DNA from: Candidatus Methylospira mobilis
Lineage (GTDB): Bacteria; Pseudomonadota; Gammaproteobacteria; Methylococcales; Methylococcaceae
Length of the DNA: 32,000 nt
Direction of reading: 5' to 3'
Assembly: GCF_009498235.1 (NCBI RefSeq)
Contig: NZ_CP044205.1
Span: forward strand, 4,597,816 to 4,629,815
Position numbers and translations under genes: made by a program. Positions 24,244-32,000 of this stretch are shown piece after piece (within the stretch, counting starts at the first letter, position 1; every line of letters begins with the position of its first letter). The notes below the pieces were generated by a model. That model was not told where the DNA came from. It saw nothing but the letters and a program-made list of their open reading frames with translations, and made no database searches.

Positions 24244-25326
24244 GTGGCGACCATTGTTAAGACAGATTCCGGCACCTGGAAAGCGGTTATCCGAAAGGCC
24301 GGATGGCCGGACTGCGGCCAAGACTTTTCGCACTAAACGGGATGCTGAAGATTGGTCACGACGCACTGAAGATAAAATAGTTCGCGGTATCCATATTCAG
24401 CGTGCACCCGCTGAACGCATGACGGTTAAAGCCGCTCTTGAAAAATACCAGACCGAAGTAACGCCGACCAAACGGCAATCAACGCAATCCGCAGAGGTTA
24501 GAAGGGCAGCAATTCTGATAGCTAATTTAGGGAAATATTCCCTTATTGCCCTTACTGCTGAAATTATTGCCCAATATCGCGATGAGCGTCTTGCCGGCGA
24601 CTTGAACGATAAAGGCGAGCGCGTGCCACGTAGTAACAGCACCGTTCGCCTGGAGCTTGCCCTTCTGGGGCATATGTTCACGGTGGCCACCAAGGAATGG
24701 GGCTTGGGGTTGACCTATACCCGGTTCTCAACATCCGTCGCCCTGCTCCCTGCCCAGGGCGAAACCGCCGACTTTCTACCGAAGAAGAACAGCGGCTTTT
24801 CGAAGCTGTTGCCGCGTACTCAAACCTCATGCTGGGTTGGATTGCCGGTATCGCCATTACCACTGGCATGCGTTGGTCTGAGATTTTGACGCTGCGTCGC
24901 AACCAGGTTGACATTGAACGCCGCATCGTGCGGCTGCTCGAAACCAAAAATACCTCTCCGCGCACCGTGCCATTGAGCAAGGAAGCTACCGAGTATTTTC
25001 GGCAGGCGCTGAATAATCCGATTCGCCCCCTTGATACGGATTTGATTTTGTTTGGCGAGCCGGGCAAGGATGGCAAGCGCAAGCCTTATCAGTTCAACGC
25101 AGTCTGGGTGCGGCTGAAAAAGAAGCTGGAGTTAGATGACTTCCATTTCCACGATTTGCGCCATGAAGCGGTTAGCCGCTTTGTCGCGTCGGGTTTGAGC
25201 GATCAAGAAGTTTCCTCGATCAGCGGCCACCGCTCGATGCAAATGTTGAAACGCTACACCCATTTGCGCGCTGAGGATTTGGTCGATAACTTGGATAAGT
25301 TGGCCACAATCGACTCTTTAAAGTAA
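24244..25326 (+). pseudogene. Tyrosine recombinase / phage-type integrase, disrupted by two frameshifts
   Basis: Three ORF pieces read as one integrase. The first is (GTG 24244) MATIVKTDSGTWKAVIRKAGWP. After a shift near 24310 comes TAAKTFRTKRDAEDWSRRTEDKIVRG...KEWGLGLTY. After a shift near 24720 comes NPVLNIRRPAP...GMRWSEILTL...HFHDLRHEAVS...GHRSMQMLKRYTHL, which has the catalytic R, HxxR and H...Y. Confidence 0.85.
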
Positions 25327-26552
25327 CGGCGACATTTTTTTATTCTATCTGAAACGGATTTTTTGTGACGGATATTTAGGGTATCCGCTATTTTCTGTTG
25401 ACTCAATCCCTCCCGCTGCATCCTTAGAATTTGAATATCAAGCTCTTTCAAGCTTGGTGCGTGTGCATAATCATAAGCAAATCGTCTGATTACCTTATCG
25501 GCTTCAATATCGACGCCGGGGAAGCAGCTCAAAATACTGTAGCTTTGTATCAGAGTCGATTGAAACCGCTCCTTAAGCTTTTTGCGGGCGATTCCATTTT
25601 GTTGGCTAAAATTGCCGTAGTCGTGATCTCTGCAAAAGCGTCGGCTGTTGTATGTATCGTTTTTATTCTCTTTTTGGTTATTTTCGTTTTCTGCGTGAGC
25701 GGAGAGCCGCCAACACATCTCGCAAAAGGGATAATGCTCATTATTATGGAGTGGCAGTTCGTCAATTGCGCCGCTATTTCCTGGTTGCTTGCGGCTGATT
25801 AGAGACTCCAACAAACATAGCAAAGATTCTAACGTAGCTATTATGGGTTCAACTTCGCTCCGCATCGATTCATATTGTCCTGTAAGGTGCAACGCTCTGA
25901 TACAGGCTCTAAACTCACCCTCAATGGATATCAAATTTCCTGTTTTTGCAAAACAACGCTTAGCTTCCTGGGACAGCGTCGAGTCCGAGTAAAATAAATC
26001 CGCCAATTGCGAAAGATAAGAGCGGACAGCACCATCAATATCCCGCCGCAAAAAAGTCCACACCGAGCGGTTTTTCATATTTAGGCTGAGCGAAGGGCGG
26101 TCGTCAACGTTTTTCGTGAATTTGGAGATGGCAGCCGCAACTACAGGATCGCAGTTTGGCCGTGGCAAACAAAAATCGATCAGCGGGTCAGGCCGGAATT
26201 CGGTTTTCGTGCGCTTTTTTCTCGGTTTGATTTCGGTTGGGAACTGGCCCTCTACCAGCGCTGAGGCGAGCATTGAGGTGAGCTTTTCCATGCTCCAACC
26301 GCAATTATTAACGATTACGAAATGACCCGGCGGAATTGGGGGATCTAACTCGCCTGTCGGCCAGACCTGTTTCTGTTTTTGGGGTTTATAAATCAGCTTT
26401 TTCGTTCCGTCAGGATATGTGCGCCAAACCTCGCCTTGCAGAGTGCGCATGAGACATGGGGTGGAATGCCTGATAAAAGTTTTGTCCATAACGGATACGT
26501 TTTTTGTCTGGTTGTGGGGTCTACGGGTTTCTATTGAAAACCCCGTGCACAT
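25254..26552 (-). CDS. Hypothetical protein, low-GC, with central Cys/His motif and C-terminal helix-turn-helix
   Basis: This is an intact ORF that opens at TTG 26567. ATG 26552 is preferred because GAGG lies 7 nt upstream, giving 432 aa. It has a CxxC...CxxH motif (YPFCEMCW ... RRFCRDHDY). The C-terminal GLSQQKIADTLNIRHKKSVSDRIKK resembles sigma-r4/resolvase-type HTH domains. I recognise no family. Confidence 0.6.
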   Translation of the reverse strand: MCTGFSIETRRPHNQTKNVSVMDKTFIRHSTPCLMRTLQGEVWRTYPDGTKKLIYKPQKQKQVWPTGELDPPIPPGHFVIVNNCGWSMEKLTSMLASALVEGQFPTEIKPRKKRTKTEFRPDPLIDFCLPRPNCDPVVAAAISKFTKNVDDRPSLSLNMKNRSVWTFLRRDIDGAVRSYLSQLADLFYSDSTLSQEAKRCFAKTGNLISIEGEFRACIRALHLTGQYESMRSEVEPIIATLESLLCLLESLISRKQPGNSGAIDELPLHNNEHYPFCEMCWRLSAHAENENNQKENKNDTYNSRRFCRDHDYGNFSQQNGIARKKLKERFQSTLIQSYSILSCFPGVDIEADKVIRRFAYDYAHAPSLKELDIQILRMQREGLSQQKIADTLNIRHKKSVSDRIKKCRRYFKESIVANLSKLSTKSSARKWV

Positions 26553-26579
26553 TGGCAGGCCTCGCAAGTCTCACTCGCG

Positions 26580-26596
26580 TATACTAGTATATTATA
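26580..26596. promoter_or_regulatory. 12-bp perfect palindrome overlapping a minus-strand TATAAT box (candidate operator/promoter of the 432-aa ORF)
   Basis: 'tatactagtata' lies at 26580-26591. The minus-strand 'tataat' is the complement of 26591-26596. A related half-site, 'atactagactatat', lies at 26706-26719. Confidence 0.4.
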
Positions 26597-26745
26597 GTTT
26601 TCTAATTCATTAGCGTGGGCGGGTAAGGGGGGCGCAGGTTGTTATGTTCGGCCCGACAAGTTCAGGTAACTTTCAGGCTTGGAACAGACTGGGTATCGTG
26701 TCGTGATACTAGACTATATGTGAGTCAACACACCGGAGCATCGCA

Positions 26746-27461
26746 TTGAACCACGCACTTAAAAAACTGAACGACGAACTGTCCGCCGCACGCGCAACAT
26801 TGACGCAGGCGCTTGTTGCTGGCGAAGACACGACGGAGGCGCGGGCGGCTATCGCGAGGATCGAAAGCGAGATTGCCTTACTGGAACGTCAGTCCCGCGA
26901 ATCTGCTGAGTCGTCCAGGCTGGCGGCTGAGTCTGTCATTGAGAGTATGGCGCTCGAACTTGCACACCAGACGCACGATGCCATTGCAGCCGCCGCCGAA
27001 TTGCCGGGCCTGACAGAGATAGCGGGCGAGCCGTTGCCTGAATTGCCCAAAAACCCGGAAATTGCGCGTGCTGCGTTTGCCGTTGCCCGTGCAAGCGCCG
27101 CGCTGGAGCGGGCCGAGGCCGATTTTAAGCCGCACGCCGCGGGTGTCAGTGCGTTACGGGAGCGGCAAGCCGATAACTGTCTGTTATCAAATCAATTAAG
27201 CAGCGGCGTCTGAATGGCGATGAGCGTGCCAGTGACGCTATCGAACTTGAGTTGTTGATGTCCGACGCAACCGCGCTTGGTGCGCTGGATGTTGCGCATA
27301 CCGAACTGGAGCGATTGCAAAAAGTGGCCGTTTTTGATGCGGCCAAAGCACGCGTTCAGCAGGCTGAGGCCGTGTTTGTTGATGCGTGGCGCTTGATGGT
27401 TTCGAGTGGTCGCGCGGTTGGCAAATACTCACCCTGGGCTGAGTATCAGGCCAACCCTGCA
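26746..27461 (+). pseudogene. Alpha-helical/coiled-coil hypothetical protein, frameshifted
   Basis: The first piece is a 155-aa ORF (TTG 26746, with GGAG 7 nt upstream) that ends at 27213. Another frame is open from 27177 and continues the same Ala/Glu/Arg-rich helical sequence (LSVIKSIKQRRLNGDERASDAIELELLMSDATALG...). This implies a frameshift near 27170-27180. I recognise no family. Confidence 0.45.
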
Positions 27462-29647
<2,186 letters not shown>

Positions 29648-29699
29648 CTACTCCGGATACTTTATTAAAACCAAAGGGGAAGGCAGCGGGTATTGAGAC

Positions 29700-29815
29700 T
29701 GTTTGCGGCTTTACCTACGCCGGTATTATCCGGATCAGGTTCAAAGAGTGTCTCTCAGCCTTTGCTTTTACCCTTATTAAAGTTAAAGGTTAAGCGCGGG
29801 CACCCCCAGCCTTAG
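29700..29815 (-). promoter_or_regulatory. TPP (THI-box) riboswitch in the thiC leader
   Basis: The minus strand reads ...ggctgGGGGTGCc-[extended P3 hairpin gctt-a-accttt/aagggt-aa-aagc]-aaggCTGAGAgacactctttGAACCTGATCCGGATAATACCGGCGTAGGtaaagcc... All the conserved TPP aptamer blocks are in canonical order, about 60 nt upstream of the thiC ATG. Confidence 0.9.
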
Positions 29816-29834
29816 CTGGGGCTAAACTAAGCCA

Positions 29835-30380
29835 TTAGCGTCCGTTTTGCAAGTGTGACGATGCACTGGAGCCTGCTTGTCTGCCGGGGGCGAGTTGATT
29901 TGGGGTGTCGAAATGCGTCAGCCTGCAAAGATGGCTTTCCGTTTCGCACCAGCGTTCCGTCGTCAGAGTAATCGATGCGACGCCGCAGGTCGGGATGTTG
30001 GTGATATGCGCGTCGGTGAGGTCGTTCGTCAGCGTGGTCAGGTCGGGGTTATGCCCTATCAGCAGCACGCATTGCCATTGATCGGAGAAATTGCGTATCA
30101 GTTCGAGCAAAGCGTCGACGCCCTGCATGTATATGGCTTCTTCGATGAGGATTTGATCGCGCGGGTAGTCCAGTAAATCCGAGATTATATTGGCGGTTTT
30201 GATAGCGCGCGCGGCGGGGCTGGAAAATATCCTGTCCGGGTGTATGTCCATCTCGCGCAGGCGTTGTCCTATGAGATAGCGATCCTGTTTTCCTCGCTTG
30301 TTGAGAGGCCGGTCGCGGTCGGTGAGATCTGCGTGCTTCCAGCTGGATTTGGCATGACGAATCAGCGTCAGTGTTTTCAT
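29835..30380 (-). CDS. sixA: Histidine-phosphatase-family protein, SixA-like phosphohistidine phosphatase
   Basis: This is a 181-aa ORF. It has the MKTLTLIRHAKSSW catalytic RHA motif, RPLNKRGKQD, and LLIGHNPDLT (GHNP). Confidence 0.75.
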   Translation of the reverse strand: MKTLTLIRHAKSSWKHADLTDRDRPLNKRGKQDRYLIGQRLREMDIHPDRIFSSPAARAIKTANIISDLLDYPRDQILIEEAIYMQGVDALLELIRNFSDQWQCVLLIGHNPDLTTLTNDLTDAHITNIPTCGVASITLTTERWCETESHLCRLTHFDTPNQLAPGRQAGSSASSHLQNGR

Positions 30381-30617
30381 TCGGATATTTTTATCGGTGC
30401 TAAGCGCCGGTTGCTGAAATTGCCTGCCGGACGTTAAATTTTGTCAAACTTAAAGATACTGCATTTTTACCTGTCAATGTATACTTGGCGCATAATAGAA
30501 GCTGTATATCCATAAATGGCGCATGCAGCTCGTTTCGATGTTCTGCGTAGCGCACCGGTTGCCGGGTAAGGACCTGGCGAACACAAAAATCAATGAGAGG
30601 AGTTCCCGGTTTTAGCC

Positions 30618-32000
30618 ATGAGAAAACCAATCGCGATGTTCTGGTTGTGTATGCTTTTCCTGTTTACACGGCTTGCGTTGGCCGAGGAAGGGGCTCAGCC
30701 CCCGGTTGCCGCGCTTCAACCCAGGGTTTTTGCGTTCGCCGAAGTCGAACAGCAGGCAAAGGATCTTGCAACGCGCCCTTATGCGAAAGACGATGGCGGG
30801 TTGCCGGAGTTTCTTGGGAAGCTGGATGCCGATCAATACCGCGCCATCAATTTTCGTCAGGACAAGTCGCTCTGGCGCGATGAAGGCCTGCCGTTTCAGG
30901 TTCAGTTTTATCACCGCGGTTTTATTTTTCGCAACAGGGTAAATGTCAATGTCGTGGAACAGGGTAATGCGGCGCGTCTGGCCTATAGTCCCGAGCTGTT
31001 CGATTTCGGGAAAAATTCGCCTCAGGGGCCGTTACCTGCCGATTTGGGCTTTGCCGGCCTGCGTTTTCATTATCCGTTGCATCGCGACGGCAATCCCGAC
31101 GAATTTGCCGTTTTTCTGGGGGCCAGTTATTTCCGGGCGGTAGGGCTGGGGCAGATTTACGGCATTTCGGCCAGAGGGCTGGCGATCGACACCGGTTTGC
31201 CCAAGGCGGAAGAGTTTCCCGTTTTCAAGGAGTTCTGGATTGAAAAGCCGGCCCGGCAGAGCGACCAGCTCGTGGTTTACGCATTGCTCGACAGTCCCAG
31301 CGCAACGGGAGCGTACCGTTTTGTCATTCATCCCGGCATGGAAATCGGTATGGAGGTCAGTGCGCATATCTATGCGCGTAAAGGCACGGAGCGTATCGGT
31401 ATCGCGCCGCTGACCAGCATGTTTTTCCATGGAGAGAACACTGACCGGTTTTTCGACGACACGCGTCCGGAGGTTCACGATTCCGATGGATTGCTGACCT
31501 TGCGCAGCAATGGCGAACGTGTATGGCGTCCGTTGAACAATCCCAAGCATTTGCGCATCAGCGTCTTTCGCGACCAGAACCCCCGCGGGTTCGGCCTGAT
31601 GACGCGAGATCGCAATTTCGAGCACTACCAGGATTTGGGGTCGCACTATGAGCAGCGGCCCAGCGCCTGGATTGAAACTATCGGGAACTGGGGCGCGGGT
31701 TCCGTGTATCTGATCGAAATACCCAGCGATGCGGAAAAGTACGATAATATCGTTGCGTTCTGGGTGCCGGACCAGCCCATGGACGGAACCAGGGATTTCA
31801 GCTTCCAGTATCGGTTGCATTTCAGGCCGGATGAGCCGGCAGCTCCTGATCTGGCGCATGTCAATGAAACGCGTATCGGCTCATCCCTGCTCTCCGGGGC
31901 CGAAACGGATGCGCGACATTTCGTGGTAGACTTTCAAGGCGACGCCATGAATCGCTATGGCGACAAGGCATTGATCGATGCCGATATCAGCGCCTCTTCC
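30618..32000 (+). CDS. opgG: Periplasmic glucan biosynthesis protein OpgG/MdoG family (3' end beyond window)
   Basis: It is missing from the ORF track because there is no stop in the window. My translation from ATG 30618 reads MRKPIAMFWLCMLFLFTRLALA (signal peptide), then ...LGFAGLRFHYPL...EFAVFLGASYFRAVG...YGISARGLAIDTG...EEFPVFKEFWIEKP...YALLDSPSATGAYRFVIHPG...GIAPLTSMFFHGEN...EVHDSDGLL...NPRGFGLMTRDRNFEHYQDL...RPSAWIE...G.VYLIEIPSDAEKYDNIVAFWVP. It could be either the OpgG or OpgD paralogue. Confidence 0.88.
   Translation, partial: MRKPIAMFWLCMLFLFTRLALAEEGAQPPVAALQPRVFAFAEVEQQAKDLATRPYAKDDGGLPEFLGKLDADQYRAINFRQDKSLWRDEGLPFQVQFYHRGFIFRNRVNVNVVEQGNAARLAYSPELFDFGKNSPQGPLPADLGFAGLRFHYPLHRDGNPDEFAVFLGASYFRAVGLGQIYGISARGLAIDTGLPKAEEFPVFKEFWIEKPARQSDQLVVYALLDSPSATGAYRFVIHPGMEIGMEVSAHIYARKGTERIGIAPLTSMFFHGENTDRFFDDTRPEVHDSDGLLTLRSNGERVWRPLNNPKHLRISVFRDQNPRGFGLMTRDRNFEHYQDLGSHYEQRPSAWIETIGNWGAGSVYLIEIPSDAEKYDNIVAFWVPDQPMDGTRDFSFQYRLHFRPDEPAAPDLAHVNETRIGSSLLSGAETDARHFVVDFQGDAMNRYGDKALIDADISASS

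Noticed and set aside
30381-30617. Promoter-like hexamers (TTACCT-N18-CATAAT, TTGTCA) in the sixA/opgG divergent region
   Set aside because: The match to consensus is poor and several placements are equally possible. It is not reportable as a feature.
31032-31859. 275-aa minus-strand ORF
   Set aside because: It is antisense to opgG, whose plus-strand translation shows the conserved periplasmic glucan biosynthesis protein blocks throughout.

Overview
This is a 32-kb chromosomal window, moderately GC-rich by eye and almost fully coding. All calls come from reading the supplied sequence and ORF translations; no searches were run. The minus-strand left block holds a MiaB-family radical-SAM methylthiotransferase (MtaB-like, which runs off the left edge and is absent from the ORF track), ftsK, an orphan periplasmic solute-binding protein, zapD and a 426-aa membrane-anchored unknown. 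Next, a stand-alone iscR (plus) converges on a translationally coupled hydrogenase-maturation module, hupH, hupI (rubredoxin), hupK, hypA and hypB (minus). The most notable region, about 11.4-18.4 kb, is a compact bacterial sterol-biosynthesis locus. It runs lgt-like <- CYP51-ferredoxin fusion <- [166-bp AT-rich, repeat-laden divergent control region] -> uncharacterised NTF2/SnoaL-like protein -> oxidosqualene cyclase -> squalene monooxygenase. After that come tsaD, the rpsU-yqeY-dnaG-rpoD operon and tRNA-Ile2(CAU). A ~3.6-kb decaying integrase island follows the tRNA: a frameshifted tyrosine integrase, an intact low-GC ~430-aa unknown with a Cys/His motif and a C-terminal HTH, a frameshifted coiled-coil ORF, and a frameshifted ParE-like toxin with no antitoxin. 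The window ends with thiC and its TPP riboswitch, a SixA-like phosphatase, and opgG running off the right edge. The gene content, especially the CYP51-ferredoxin fusion with OSC and SQMO, suggests a Methylococcaceae-type methanotroph, but that is inference only. The best candidate for undescribed biology is the NTF2-fold gene, and secondarily the lgt-like gene, embedded in the sterol locus. No CRISPR array, rRNA or intact transposon was seen.
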